Of a stretch of 59,463 nucleotides of DNA, positions 18,441 through 29,187 are shown in pieces. The position numbers and the translations under genes are program-made. The DNA is from Candidatus Micrarchaeota archaeon (GTDB lineage: Archaea; Micrarchaeota; Micrarchaeia; Anstonellales; Bilamarchaeaceae), in NCBI GenBank assembly GCA_038046805.1, contig JBBSVO010000011.1:1-59463 (forward strand), in the 5' to 3' direction. Numbering within the stretch: position 1 is the stretch's first letter; each line of letters opens with the position of its first letter. The notes under the pieces are model-generated. The model was not told where the DNA came from and searched no databases. It saw nothing but the letters and a program-made list of their open reading frames with translations.

Positions 18441-19709
18441 TCATCTCATTATTTCCTTGTAAATGCGCAGGTATTCCCTATATCCTATGCCAGAATTGAA
18501 TTTTTCTCTTACTATGTCCGCGCCTTTCTTTCCCATTCTTTTTCTTAATTCCGAATTTTGAGCAAGCAATAAGATTTTTTCCGCTAGTTGGTTGTAGTCG
18601 GCTTTTTCGAAAAGGTAACCATTCACCCCATCTTTTAGTTGCAATGGAATGCCACCAACATTAGAACCGATAATTGGTTTACCAAATACCATGGCCTCAC
18701 AGACAGTCAATCCGAATCCCTCGTGAAGAGAAGGCTGTACTACAACATCTGAAGCGCCATATATATGATAAAGCAACTCGTCATCTACCTTCCCAGTAAA
18801 GAATACATTATTTTGTAGTTTCTTTTCTTCGACCAGATTAAGGAGTTTTTGCGTCCTTCCAGATCTTTCTTTCCCTAACAATTCTCTAGAAAATGAGCCA
18901 TTCCCAACAAAAATACATTTAATATTTTTTCGTTTATGTGAATTCACTATCTTATCCATCGCAGCTATAAGAATCTCCTGGCCTTTCCTAGGGTCAATTC
19001 TGCTCACACATGCGACCAAAAAATCGTCTTTTGAAATATTATATTTTTCTCTTGCATCATATGTTTCTTTTGGGGTATATTTTGCCAAATCTATAGTTGG
19101 ATGTACTGTCTCCACTAGCCCCGGGGTCAGGCCACAGGATATTGCAGCATTAGTATATTCTTCTATTGAAAATATTACTTTGTCGTAATTCCCCATATTT
19201 TCGATAAAAAAATGTCTCCAAAATTCTGGTAGCTGGTTCACAAATGGAATGTGCCAGGTAAAAATCATCGGAATTTTTAACCCGAATTTGTTCTTTAGTA
19301 TCTCTGCAAGTGGCAGTGTTTGGAAGTCGTGAACATGGAGGATGTCGAATGGTTTGTAGTTGTACGAGTCCATTATATCCTCGGCTAGTTTTTCGTTTAC
19401 TTCTAAATATTCATTATAACCTTGAATTTCGCCAACTGCTTCGTTATGAGTTATATTCAGTATTGCCTCTTTAAATTGCATGTACTTTAGTATTGTTTCT
19501 TCTCCTAAATTTGTTACATTAATCCTGATAATCTCTATTCCATCAGAAAATTCGATCGGATCTACATTCACTGTTTTGAAATGCATTACTTTGAATTCGT
19601 GACCATGTTTAAGGAATTGTTTTCCCAAGGATTCAACGTATCTTGCCAAGCCACCTATATACGGAAGAAAAGACTGGCTCACGCAACAAATGCTGTAATG
19701 ATCCTTCAT
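18441..19709 (-). CDS. GT4 family glycosyltransferase
   Basis: VSRIDPRKG, EGFGLTVCEAM..GKPIIGSNVGGIP. Confidence 0.92.
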   Translation of the reverse strand: MKDHYSICCVSQSFLPYIGGLARYVESLGKQFLKHGHEFKVMHFKTVNVDPIEFSDGIEIIRINVTNLGEETILKYMQFKEAILNITHNEAVGEIQGYNEYLEVNEKLAEDIMDSYNYKPFDILHVHDFQTLPLAEILKNKFGLKIPMIFTWHIPFVNQLPEFWRHFFIENMGNYDKVIFSIEEYTNAAISCGLTPGLVETVHPTIDLAKYTPKETYDAREKYNISKDDFLVACVSRIDPRKGQEILIAAMDKIVNSHKRKNIKCIFVGNGSFSRELLGKERSGRTQKLLNLVEEKKLQNNVFFTGKVDDELLYHIYGASDVVVQPSLHEGFGLTVCEAMVFGKPIIGSNVGGIPLQLKDGVNGYLFEKADYNQLAEKILLLAQNSELRKRMGKKGADIVREKFNSGIGYREYLRIYKEIMR

Positions 19710-19750
19710 AATCATTATCCTCACGGAGACCTTTTTAAACTTCTCCTCTC

Positions 19751-19975
19751 AGAACACCACTCACGCTTACGACCGATAAATCGCCAATGCGATTTATGGT
19801 CCATTGTTCGATGCGTCGAACAATCGGAGCCAGAACTTGGCGTTTGTAGATATCCTGAAACCGATGCTTCGGTTTCAATCTATCAGCAACCTGTTGGTTG
19901 CCGATACCGACAAAATCGTGCTGTTATCAACGTTTTTACGTCGGTGGAGAACTGAGTCCAGGCAGGTGGTTTCTT
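19751..19975. other. Unidentified multi-hairpin non-coding element
   Basis: At least five local hairpins and a closing helix AGAA-ACCAC/GTGGT-TTCT. Confidence 0.5.
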
Positions 19976-20042
19976 CCCCCTGCATTTCACTTTTTGTTAT
20001 AGTCTTAAGGCTTATATCGTGGTTGTCGTAGGTTGGACAATT

Positions 20043-20144
20043 AGTCTGGAAGGTTGGCTCGCTTACGCCGAATTTGCCAACACCTGTAAATTCAGGAAAA
20101 GGATTGTTGCACTGTTTAACGAGTTGTTCGGAATAGAATCCTAG
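20043..20144 (+). pseudogene. Relic 3' end of a second DGR reverse transcriptase
   Basis: Translates SLEGWLAYAEFANTCKFRKRIVALFNELFGIES*, 27/30 aa identical to the C-terminus of the RT at 460-1538. Confidence 0.9.
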
Positions 20145-20196
20145 CTGTCGAAAGCCTTAAATACTTTGTGTAACACAACTTACTTTAAGGGTAATT

Positions 20197-20997
20197 ATGG
20201 TTACAAAGAATTTCAGATTCGGAGAATTGGAAACCAGGGCACTTTTCGCGCTTGAGGAAGCCGAAACTAGCCTGATCACTTCTTCAGAATTGGCAAAGAT
20301 ATTAAAAATATCAAAAAATCGCGCCAACAAGCTGGCATGGCAATTCGTGAAGAAAAAACGCCTCTTACGCATAAGAAGGGGCACCTACTTATTTGCACCA
20401 TTAAAGGCTGGACCAAAAGGCCAGTGGGGTGAAGAAGCATTTGCGTTGATATCCCAAGTTCTGAAAGATAAGCCCTACTACATAAGCTTTCGTACTGCCA
20501 TGAACTACTATGGGCTTACAGAACAAATTCCCTGGATTACCCAGGTTGTCGTTACACAAAGACGACGCTCATTTGAAGCTGTTGGAACCAAATATGAGTT
20601 CATCAAGGTAGATAAAATCGGGGAATGGCAACAAGAGAATATGACTGGAAGACAGGTAAAAATAGCTACAAAGGAGCAATTGATTATCGACTGTCTGGCA
20701 CATCCCGAATATTGCGGTGGTATGGGGGAAATTTCAAAGGCGTTGTGGAATGCAAGAGATGAACTGGACCGGAAAAAGCTGCGTGGACTTGCTTTGAACT
20801 CCAAGGACGTGGTAAGACGACGATTAGGATACCTGTTTGAACTGTTAAAATTACCTTCGTTAATTAAAGAAGAATTCGCAGGGTGGCGTTGGCTAGATCC
20901 CTCACACATTAAAGACTTAAAGGGAAGGTTAGTCAAATGGGGGCTGCTCATCAATTTGACTAAAAAGGAATTGACTGGATGGAAGGACATACGGTGA
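20197..20997 (+). CDS. Type IV TA antitoxin, AbiEi family
   Basis: HTH, RIRRGTY, YYISFRTAMNYYGLTEQ, RRLGYL. Confidence 0.88.
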   Translation: MVTKNFRFGELETRALFALEEAETSLITSSELAKILKISKNRANKLAWQFVKKKRLLRIRRGTYLFAPLKAGPKGQWGEEAFALISQVLKDKPYYISFRTAMNYYGLTEQIPWITQVVVTQRRRSFEAVGTKYEFIKVDKIGEWQQENMTGRQVKIATKEQLIIDCLAHPEYCGGMGEISKALWNARDELDRKKLRGLALNSKDVVRRRLGYLFELLKLPSLIKEEFAGWRWLDPSHIKDLKGRLVKWGLLINLTKKELTGWKDIR

Positions 20998-21001
20998 GTT
21001 T

Positions 21002-21817
21002 ATGCTGAATCTGTCAGAATTGAAAAGAAGAGTCCATAAAGAAGGTGCACCGGCAGCCATAATCGAAAAGGATTATGCTCTGTCAGTGGCCTTGGATGCA
21101 ATTGCCAATTCCGAGCTATTTGAACACTCGGTTTTCAAAGGCGGGACCGCGATAAAAAAGGTTTACTTCAAAGAAGCAAGATTCTCAGAGGATCTGGATT
21201 TTACTGTATTGAAGCTTAGCAAGGATAAAGTATTGGATAGCTTAGGCAAAATCCTATCTGAGAAAACCATTGAAGGCATCAGTTTCCAGAAACCAGTAGA
21301 GGAAAAGACGGCAGCCGGATTAAAAGTATCTGTAAAATATACCGGGCCGTTGTTACACGCCCAGAGGATACTATTCGACTTCAATTTCAGGAATAACATT
21401 GTGGGTTCCCCAGTTAGAAAGCAATTGATTGATTCTTACAATTCTGGTGTGCATAATATACTCGCTCTCAGTATAGAAGAACTATTTGCTGAAAAGATCA
21501 ATGCACTTGGCAATCGAACTGCCCCGCGCGATCTCTATGACGTCTGGTTCCTGTTTGGCAAAGGTATTTCGCCTGATAAAGAGACCGTACGTAAGAAATT
21601 TGCATATTATAACGAAAGACTGGATTTACATAAAGTAGAACTGGCCATATCGAAAATGAGGGCTAATTGGCACAATGACTTAAGGCAACTCATGCCAAAT
21701 GTTCCGTCAATAGATGCGGTTTCGAGAGAAGTTATGGAGAAATTAAGGAAAAACAGGTTGGGAGATGATCCAGTCACTTCCGATATTCCTGGAATGTATA
21801 ATCCGCGTTATTCGTGA
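21002..21817 (+). CDS. Type IV TA toxin, AbiEii nucleotidyltransferase
   Basis: IEKDY, FKGGTAI, RFSEDLDF, EKI..R..PRDLYD. Confidence 0.93.
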   Translation: MLNLSELKRRVHKEGAPAAIIEKDYALSVALDAIANSELFEHSVFKGGTAIKKVYFKEARFSEDLDFTVLKLSKDKVLDSLGKILSEKTIEGISFQKPVEEKTAAGLKVSVKYTGPLLHAQRILFDFNFRNNIVGSPVRKQLIDSYNSGVHNILALSIEELFAEKINALGNRTAPRDLYDVWFLFGKGISPDKETVRKKFAYYNERLDLHKVELAISKMRANWHNDLRQLMPNVPSIDAVSREVMEKLRKNRLGDDPVTSDIPGMYNPRYS

Positions 21818-21869
21818 GTGCTAGCTAGTTCAGACCCTAGTATCATCCTAGCCCTGCTTCCCCTGCATT

Positions 21870-22979
21870 CTATTTTTTATTTATTTGCGGGATTTTTTGA
21901 GTTATCGCGGATAACTGATAAACATTCCTCACCGGATATGAAATTTCTATTTTCTCAGCATCGAATCGTGCCTTTAATGCCTTTATGAATTCATGAACCA
22001 GCTGGGCGCGGAATGTCTGTTCTTCTGCCCGCATCGTTACTGTGAAATTTATGTTTGATTCCCCGAATGTGTGAAATCGAACGATCGGCTTGAAATCTTT
22101 AACTGCGCCCGGGACATTCTGCTGGATTTTTTCCGCGACTTCAACCGTAGTTCTCTCCACTTTTTCAAGATCTGTTGACCCATAGGATACACCACATTCT
22201 AAGTTCACGCCCACTTCCTTGTCTGGCAGGTGCGTGTTTATAACAACTGATTGGGAAATCTTCGAATTCGGAACAATTACTGTGCTATTTTGAGTAGTAC
22301 GTATTCTTGTTGCCCTCCATCCTATATCCTCAATATTCCCGCTTATTTTTTCACTCGGAATCTCTATGAAGTCGCCGATCCTGAGTGAACTTCCCGTTAC
22401 TATATACATGCCTGCAAAGAAATTTGAAAGGCTGTCCTGAAGTGCAAGTCCGACGGCGAGTCCTCCTATGCCCAATGCTGCAATTATCGGGGTTATTTGA
22501 ATCTGGAAATGATCAAGGATTATCAGTGCTGCGATGATATACAAAATAACGTTAATTATGCGTGCGATGAGTTGCGGGGATTTTTCGTGCTTTTTGTTTA
22601 TCACGTGAATCCAGCGTGGAATAAACGCGGAAACCAGTCTTTGCACGACGTTTGTTGCCCACAATACTGCTATAACAAAAAATGCGCTTGTTATTAATGC
22701 TGAATACGCTGAAAGCCCAGCGAGTGAGGAAAGTGCAAGATACGCGGCAACCAGAAGCACGCCGCGTTCCAGCGGCTTTTCCATAACCTCAAATACTACG
22801 TCATCTAGGTCGGTTTCTGTTTTTTCTATGAGTTTTTTGACTTTCTCTTGAAGGATATATCGGACGATTGCGGATGCGATGAATCCCATTACTACTATCG
22901 CCACAGCTAGGATGATGTCCCCACCTATCGTCTTCTGCGCGTATGAAATAAGTTCTTCTATCAATGCCATGATTACCAT
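21870..22979 (-). CDS. mscS: Small-conductance mechanosensitive channel
   Basis: GLALQDSLSNFFAG, IGWRAT, VPNS. Confidence 0.92.
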   Translation of the reverse strand: MVIMALIEELISYAQKTIGGDIILAVAIVVMGFIASAIVRYILQEKVKKLIEKTETDLDDVVFEVMEKPLERGVLLVAAYLALSSLAGLSAYSALITSAFFVIAVLWATNVVQRLVSAFIPRWIHVINKKHEKSPQLIARIINVILYIIAALIILDHFQIQITPIIAALGIGGLAVGLALQDSLSNFFAGMYIVTGSSLRIGDFIEIPSEKISGNIEDIGWRATRIRTTQNSTVIVPNSKISQSVVINTHLPDKEVGVNLECGVSYGSTDLEKVERTTVEVAEKIQQNVPGAVKDFKPIVRFHTFGESNINFTVTMRAEEQTFRAQLVHEFIKALKARFDAEKIEISYPVRNVYQLSAITQKIPQINKK

Positions 22980-23013
22980 TTCCGCGGGAGTAGTTTAAAT
23001 ATTTTTGCAATCT

Positions 23014-24300
23014 CTATGGCTTTTCCTTTTCATCTTTCCTGTTCTTCTCCTCATTATTTTTCGTTTTTGTTTGCCTGTTCCATATAATCGGCACAAGGAT
23101 TGTTGTAGCGATAATGCTGATAACTATAATATCAAATGCGATCTCAGGGAGGTTTCCAAGTGAGGCCAGGAGCTCCTTTGAATTTTCAATCCCGTTTTTC
23201 TGAAGATAATTTTGCATTGCAATTAACGGGTATGTGGCAAGCACCGCGGTAGCAAGTCCACGGGGATTCACTACTGATATAATTTCCTTGAAATACGCAT
23301 ATTCACTTTTTCTTGTGACCAGATACGTGAGCGCGTACCTTGCCACCATGAAAAATGCCATAAGGGATACCGCGACCGTGAAGTTGTTAATGCTAGTGAG
23401 AGTCACGACCATTCCAAGAAATACGAAGAAAAATGTTCTCACTATGAACGATACTTCTGTATGGAATTCCTTTATAGGAACTTTTTCCTCTGTTTCATCC
23501 ATGTGGATGATGGACCTTACGGATTTCTCATTGCCAAGCATTATTCCGAATATCAGGACGCCTATTGCCCCGCTCCCGCCAAGAAATTCCGTGATTGAGT
23601 AAAGGGCAAGAATTACCCCAAGCATTACCATATATCCATATCCCTTATCTATCTTCGGAAAAACAGAAATGAACAGCACTGCACCGGCAATTCCAATTAA
23701 TGCGCCAACCGAGAAAGTGCCAACTATTCCCTGGCCAATCATTTGGATATCCAGGTATCCTGCAAGAAGGCTCTGGGTCAGAACTATTGTAATAACTATT
23801 GAAAAGACATCTGTTATTGACGATTCCAGTGTGAGAAATCTGGAAATTCCCTCTGGCAAATTCAGCCCCTTTATTACTGATATCGTGGTTGTCGAGCCAA
23901 TCCCCCCAGCAATCGCGCCTATTATGGCACCAACGAGAGGGTCAAACCCAAAAAAGCCCATGATTGCTGCCGCTCCAGCTATGCTGACAAGCGTAATAAG
24001 AACGCTCATGACAAATACTCTTCCGCTTTTGAATATTACCTCACGTATTCCAAGCGACAATCCGCCGTCGAATAGAAGAACTATCAGTGCGAGCGTTCCG
24101 AATATTCCCTGAACCCCGCCAAGCCATGTGGTGTCCACATATCCGCTTGCCTTGAGAAGATACCCTATAACCAAAAGAAGAAGGGCGCTAGGAATGCTGA
24201 ACCGTTTTGACAGCAACTCGCCGATGTATCCTATTAGGATTATGCCTCCGAAAATAGCGAATACTACTTCAATGCTTATTCCGTTCATCAGGTATATCAT
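23014..24300 (-). CDS. Cation:proton antiporter (CPA1)
   Basis: LLFDGGL, LESSITD, TFFFVFLG, PRGLATAVLA. Confidence 0.9.
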   Translation of the reverse strand: MIYLMNGISIEVVFAIFGGIILIGYIGELLSKRFSIPSALLLLVIGYLLKASGYVDTTWLGGVQGIFGTLALIVLLFDGGLSLGIREVIFKSGRVFVMSVLITLVSIAGAAAIMGFFGFDPLVGAIIGAIAGGIGSTTTISVIKGLNLPEGISRFLTLESSITDVFSIVITIVLTQSLLAGYLDIQMIGQGIVGTFSVGALIGIAGAVLFISVFPKIDKGYGYMVMLGVILALYSITEFLGGSGAIGVLIFGIMLGNEKSVRSIIHMDETEEKVPIKEFHTEVSFIVRTFFFVFLGMVVTLTSINNFTVAVSLMAFFMVARYALTYLVTRKSEYAYFKEIISVVNPRGLATAVLATYPLIAMQNYLQKNGIENSKELLASLGNLPEIAFDIIVISIIATTILVPIIWNRQTKTKNNEEKNRKDEKEKP

Positions 24301-24432
24301 GCCCCGTATGTTTAAATGGTTTTTGCAGTCTTTCAGGTCTGCATTCCCAGGCATGCGATATGTTTAAATTCTTATCTATCTAAATCGGTATATATCCAAA
24401 TTCGTATATATGTCTTCGTCTGTGGTGGTAGA

Positions 24433-24786
24433 ATGAATATCATAAAAGGATACTTGTTTGATGCAGTTTGCTACTGCCATCCGCGCATGCTCCAGAAGAT
24501 GCATCTTTTCATGCTGTGGCTGATTAACAAAAAAGAAATACACGGTTACGAGCTAATCACCATGCTGAGAAAAAGCGGGCTGGATTTTTTCGGGCCCAGC
24601 CGTATTTACCCGCTTCTAGGGGATATGCGTAAGGCCAGTTTGATTTCCCAAAAGGAGAAAAAGCAGGGAAACCGGGTTAGAAAAATTTACGTATTGACAA
24701 AAAAAGGAAGGGATGCCCTGAGCCAGGGAAAGAAGCTTTTCAAGGTAAAGGGCCTTATCCATGAATTTTTAAGAGAAATGATTTGA
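24433..24786 (+). CDS. PadR family regulator
   Basis: HGYEL, IYPLL, RKIYVLTKKG. Confidence 0.88.
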   Translation: MNIIKGYLFDAVCYCHPRMLQKMHLFMLWLINKKEIHGYELITMLRKSGLDFFGPSRIYPLLGDMRKASLISQKEKKQGNRVRKIYVLTKKGRDALSQGKKLFKVKGLIHEFLREMI

Positions 24787-24869
24787 AAAATAGAAAGCAT
24801 TTTTCAAAACTTTTGCTCTTCGGTCGTGGTGACCGAATGAGCAAATGATTTCATGAGGGGGATGTCAAG

Positions 24870-25559
24870 ATGACTGCAGCCAAAACCAATGATTCGGCAA
24901 TATTGCTTGAAAATGTTTCCAAAATATATTGCACCGGCACAGAGGACCTTTACGCACTTCGCGAAGTAAATCTAAAAGTGCAGAAAGGGGAATCCATCAG
25001 CATCCTTGGCCCAAGTGGAAGCGGGAAAAGCACGCTTCTTCATATTCTCGGGCTTCTTGATGAGCCATCGCGCGGAAGAGTTTTTCTGGATGGAACCGAA
25101 ACCAATCACATGAACGAAGCCGCACGTGCAAGCTTGCGTGGAAGAAAAATCGGTTTTGTATTCCAGACGTTCAATCTGATTCCAACAATGAATGTCCTTG
25201 AAAATGTCGCCATTCCATCACTCATTCGCGGAGTTCCAGAGGACGAGGCGCATGTCCGTGCTAAGGAAATATTAAGGCGCATCGGGATGTCTGACAGGCT
25301 TTTGCATCTTCCAAGCCAGCTTAGTGGAGGGCAAAGACAGCGTGCCGCAATCGCCCGCGCGCTTGTGAATGACCCGGAAGTAATCCTTGCGGATGAACCA
25401 ACCGGGAATCTTGATTCAAAAACCGGGCAGGAAGTTCTTGGAATGTTCCGCGAGCTTCACGATTCCGGCCGAACGATAATTATTATTACTCACGATCAGA
25501 GTATAACAAAAATGACTGAAAGAACACTGAGGATAAAAGACGGAATGTTAATGGGGTGA
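24870..25559 (+). CDS. ABC transporter ATPase (LolD/MacB type)
   Basis: [25 protein letters not shown]. Confidence 0.95.
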   Translation: MTAAKTNDSAILLENVSKIYCTGTEDLYALREVNLKVQKGESISILGPSGSGKSTLLHILGLLDEPSRGRVFLDGTETNHMNEAARASLRGRKIGFVFQTFNLIPTMNVLENVAIPSLIRGVPEDEAHVRAKEILRRIGMSDRLLHLPSQLSGGQRQRAAIARALVNDPEVILADEPTGNLDSKTGQEVLGMFRELHDSGRTIIIITHDQSITKMTERTLRIKDGMLMG

Positions 25560-25563
25560 AAAT

Positions 25564-27096
25564 ATGACACGAAAGGTTGATATATTTGGAACGGAATCAA
25601 TTGGAAGAACATTGTTTGTACTATTATTGTCGTTATTTATTTTTAGCGGATTTGTTTTTGCACCGCTTTCGGTGGAATCATATAAGGTAACTCCATCAAC
25701 TCTCAAGCCAGGAGAGGACGGCGTAATCCAGATAACTCTTAAGAATGCCCTCCCATCCAGTGCGACAACAACCGGAGAATCCGTGAAGGATATTGTCATT
25801 TACTATTATTCGGTTCCTGGAATGGAATTCAAACTAACAGATGCCATACGTGTCGGCACTCTTGAAGGAGGTTCGAGTGCGATTGCTTCGTTTCCAATCC
25901 GGATTCTTCCAAATGCAAATGGCGGAATTCTTTCCCCATCATTTCAGATAAATCAGCAGGACGTTAATTCAAAACAGAAGCTTATTGTTCCAGTGCCGGT
26001 TGTGAACCCGCCGATATTGACAATATCTGTTGACAAGCAGGCGCTTAGCGGCACAGATGCTGTCAGCATAACTATCTCAAACAATGGCGGTACAGCGGAT
26101 AAGGTAATTCTGCAGATAAACAGCACGAAGTTCGCGTTTTCAGGTTCAGATCAGGTTTATGTTGGAGAAGTTACTTCATCAAATTCAAAAACCATTTCAG
26201 TTTCTTTAGATTCTCGGAATGCGGCAGATGGTATAAACTCCGTCCCATTCGTTATAATTTATCAACAGGAGGGCGGGGAAACGAAAACTGAAACAAAATA
26301 TCTTTCGCTTACTGTGAAAAAGGAAAAAGCAGATGTAGCGTTCACCCAGACTGCCACGATTATGACATCTAAGGACAATCTCCTGAAACTGAAAGTGAAA
26401 AACACCGGGAGAACGCTTGAAGATTTTCGAGTTGTGCTGGATGATGAGTCTATAAAATCAAAGGAGGCAAACGAGATAAAGCTCGGAACTTTTACTGGCG
26501 GAGATGAAAAAGATATTTCGTTCAATGTTTTTGCAGGGGCACAGCCAGGTGTGCAAAGTCTGAAGCTCACGCTCAAGTGGGTTGAGCAGAATGTGGAAAA
26601 GCAGGATACGGTTTTCGTTCCATTGGTGATAAATTCCGATGCAGATGTAGGAATTTTCCTTGATGCAAAACCATCTCCTCTTGCAGTTGGTGGGGAGCAC
26701 ACACTATCAGTTCTTGTATCCAACATCGGTTCTTACAAGATAAATAACGTCGAAGTATCCCTGAATGGTGGTGAAGTGCTTGAAATTCTCAATGCGCAAA
26801 AATCCCAGTACATTGGAGGTTTGGACAATGATGATTTCAGTACAGTGCAGTATAAAACAAAAGTTTTCAGCATCGCACCAGGAACCTACCCGCTGACAGT
26901 TGCAGTGAAATACAAGGACCAGTCAGGGGTTTGGATTGAGAAGAACATTACCCGTGAGGTTACTATTCGTTCTGCCGAGGACGTGGGAAAAGGCGGAGTG
27001 CCTATTTTCATTTACGTGATTGGAATCGCGATAATCGGAGCTGCACTTTATGTCTGGTACAAGGGAAGAAAGCCACCTCAGCAGCATCATGCGTGA
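25564..27096 (+). CDS. COG1361-like S-layer/Ig-domain membrane-anchored protein
   Basis: Signal peptide, repeated N.G beta domains, C-terminal TM; between ABC ATPase and permease. Confidence 0.8.
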   Translation: MTRKVDIFGTESIGRTLFVLLLSLFIFSGFVFAPLSVESYKVTPSTLKPGEDGVIQITLKNALPSSATTTGESVKDIVIYYYSVPGMEFKLTDAIRVGTLEGGSSAIASFPIRILPNANGGILSPSFQINQQDVNSKQKLIVPVPVVNPPILTISVDKQALSGTDAVSITISNNGGTADKVILQINSTKFAFSGSDQVYVGEVTSSNSKTISVSLDSRNAADGINSVPFVIIYQQEGGETKTETKYLSLTVKKEKADVAFTQTATIMTSKDNLLKLKVKNTGRTLEDFRVVLDDESIKSKEANEIKLGTFTGGDEKDISFNVFAGAQPGVQSLKLTLKWVEQNVEKQDTVFVPLVINSDADVGIFLDAKPSPLAVGGEHTLSVLVSNIGSYKINNVEVSLNGGEVLEILNAQKSQYIGGLDNDDFSTVQYKTKVFSIAPGTYPLTVAVKYKDQSGVWIEKNITREVTIRSAEDVGKGGVPIFIYVIGIAIIGAALYVWYKGRKPPQQHHA

Positions 27097-27123
27097 GTTA
27101 TAGTGGTGCAATAACATATAGAG

Positions 27124-28362
27124 TTGACCATTGTGAAACTTCCTGACATAATAAAATACGCGATAAGAAGCGTTCGGCAAAGGCAGGTGCGCTCCTGGCT
27201 TACGATTCTTGGGATAGTTATTGGAATCGCAGCAGTGGTTTCCCTTCTCACAATCGGGCAGGGATTCAATGAGGCCGTGGACAAGCAACTTTCTGCGTTC
27301 GGTTCTGACACAATATTTATTGTTCCGATAAGCGAGACCCAGTCGCAGAGTGCAATGTTTCAGTCGCCTGGTTCCTCGCCTACTTCAGGAAAACTTTTTG
27401 AAAAAGATGCCGATAGGCTTAAGAAGATCTCCGAACTTGAGGAAATAACCAGAATGGTGATGGGCCGGGGAACAATAGAGTTCAAGGATACCGAGATAAC
27501 GTCATCTGTTGTTGGAATCGAGCCAGGAGTTTTTGAGAAAACCACACTAACTGAAATAGAAGAAGGAAGGTTCTTGACCGATAGCGACCAGCGCGTCGCA
27601 GTAATAGGGGCATCTGTATCCGAGACCATGTTCGGAAACAAAAAGGTCGGGGTTAACAGTTTTCTCATAATAAACGGAAAGAAATTTCGGGTTATTGGTT
27701 TATTAAAGAAAACCGGCGGCGGATTTGGCGCAGCATCCCAGCTTGATTCTTATATTATGGTTCCGGTAAAAGAAGCGCAATCTCTTTTCAGGGAATCTCT
27801 TGCAGAGAATGAAATAAGCACGATTGTTGTTAAAGCAAAAGAAGGTTCGGACATCGATGAAGTAACTGATAAAATAATCTCTGAAATGGCGGCTTCCCAT
27901 AAAATGAGGGCCGAAGACAAAGATTTCACGGTTATGAATTCGAAAACCTATCGCGAGCGGATTAATTCAGTTCTTGGGCTTGTTACTGTGTTTCTTGGGG
28001 CAATTGCTTCAATATCACTTATTGTTGGCGGAGTTGGCATTGCGAACAGCATGTTGACAAGTGTGATAGAGCGCACGCGTGAAATCGGAATACTAAAAGC
28101 AGTTGGTGCCAAAAGAGAAGATATTCTGAATCTGTTCATTTTTGAAAGCGGGGCGCTTGGAGGCCTTGGCGGTTCAATCGGAGTGGTAATTGGCACATCT
28201 GTTGCAGTTATCGCAAGTCAATTTGGTGTTCCTGCAGCAATAAAAATTGAAACCTTATTTTTCGCGCTCTTCTTTTCAATTGCAATTGGTTTGTTATCCG
28301 GGTTTATTCCGGCAAGGCGTGCGGCAAATCTTGCTCCGGTTGAGGCGTTGAGGTATGAGTAA
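27124..28362 (+). CDS. ABC transporter permease (MacB/FtsX type)
   Basis: RSWLTILGIVIG, ERTREIGILKAVGA, PVEALRYE. Confidence 0.94.
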   Translation: MTIVKLPDIIKYAIRSVRQRQVRSWLTILGIVIGIAAVVSLLTIGQGFNEAVDKQLSAFGSDTIFIVPISETQSQSAMFQSPGSSPTSGKLFEKDADRLKKISELEEITRMVMGRGTIEFKDTEITSSVVGIEPGVFEKTTLTEIEEGRFLTDSDQRVAVIGASVSETMFGNKKVGVNSFLIINGKKFRVIGLLKKTGGGFGAASQLDSYIMVPVKEAQSLFRESLAENEISTIVVKAKEGSDIDEVTDKIISEMAASHKMRAEDKDFTVMNSKTYRERINSVLGLVTVFLGAIASISLIVGGVGIANSMLTSVIERTREIGILKAVGAKREDILNLFIFESGALGGLGGSIGVVIGTSVAVIASQFGVPAAIKIETLFFALFFSIAIGLLSGFIPARRAANLAPVEALRYE

Positions 28363-28407
28363 ATAAAACGACGCGCCTCAAAATACTGGACCCGAGACAC
28401 GAAACAA

Positions 28408-28953
28408 TCAGTTTGTGCACATCTGTCCGCCGACATCTGCCTTGTGATTAGCTAATCCATCAACCATTGAACCAGGCCTTCTTTGTCCATCAGCTTTCTC
28501 TCCAACTGCGCAGCTGTTCCCAAGTCTTACATTTCCGTTCTGGGTTACTCGCTGGGTCGGCCAGACATAGTCATACGGCACGCCTTCCTTCCAGATAACA
28601 ACAACTCGCACGTCCCCGTCCGGTTCAATAACTTTCGCGTGGTCAGCGGATTTCCAGGTTATCACAAGGTCGGTTTCCCAATCCGCGCACTTTGTTCGAA
28701 TAAGTTCTCCAACATATCCTGCGCGGTCCGGTTTTATTTCAAAAGAAGGTTTTGAAGGTTCTGGTGCTGGTTTCGCGGCATTCGCTTCCCGTTGCATTTT
28801 CGCTCCATCTGCTAATTCGTTCACTCCGCCAACTTTGCGAAATGCGTTTGCCTCTGGACAATCTGCCCGTTGTCCACCGTTTCCGGTGAATGCCCTGACC
28901 ATAATCGTAAGTGCCTGAAGTGGGTCTCTTGGTCCCTTTGTCATCAATACCAT
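28408..28953 (-). CDS. Hypothetical protein
   Basis: 181 aa ORF with GGTGA RBS. Confidence 0.55.
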   Translation of the reverse strand: MVLMTKGPRDPLQALTIMVRAFTGNGGQRADCPEANAFRKVGGVNELADGAKMQREANAAKPAPEPSKPSFEIKPDRAGYVGELIRTKCADWETDLVITWKSADHAKVIEPDGDVRVVVIWKEGVPYDYVWPTQRVTQNGNVRLGNSCAVGEKADGQRRPGSMVDGLANHKADVGGQMCTN

Positions 28954-29187
28954 ATTTTCACCATTTATCTATTAGTTCTTTTCGTTCTTCACCAATAGGA
29001 TTGATCTATGGATAACTGTGGTAGTTTATTAACTTGTGTAAAAGTATTGCTACACTAATATTTATAAACCCGCGTTAGTCTTCATCGTTTCCTGCCGAAA
29101 ATTCGTCGCGAAACGGATTTACGTTGTTATGCGCGATAGGTTTTTATACAGGAAGTTGGATTGAATAAAGGGTTTCTCAGAAACTTT

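Noticed and set aside
19751..20032. 5S rRNA, SRP RNA, RNase P RNA or group I intron
   Set aside because: Diagnostic conserved motifs not found by eye; only a GCTTACGAC/GTCGTAGGT pairing
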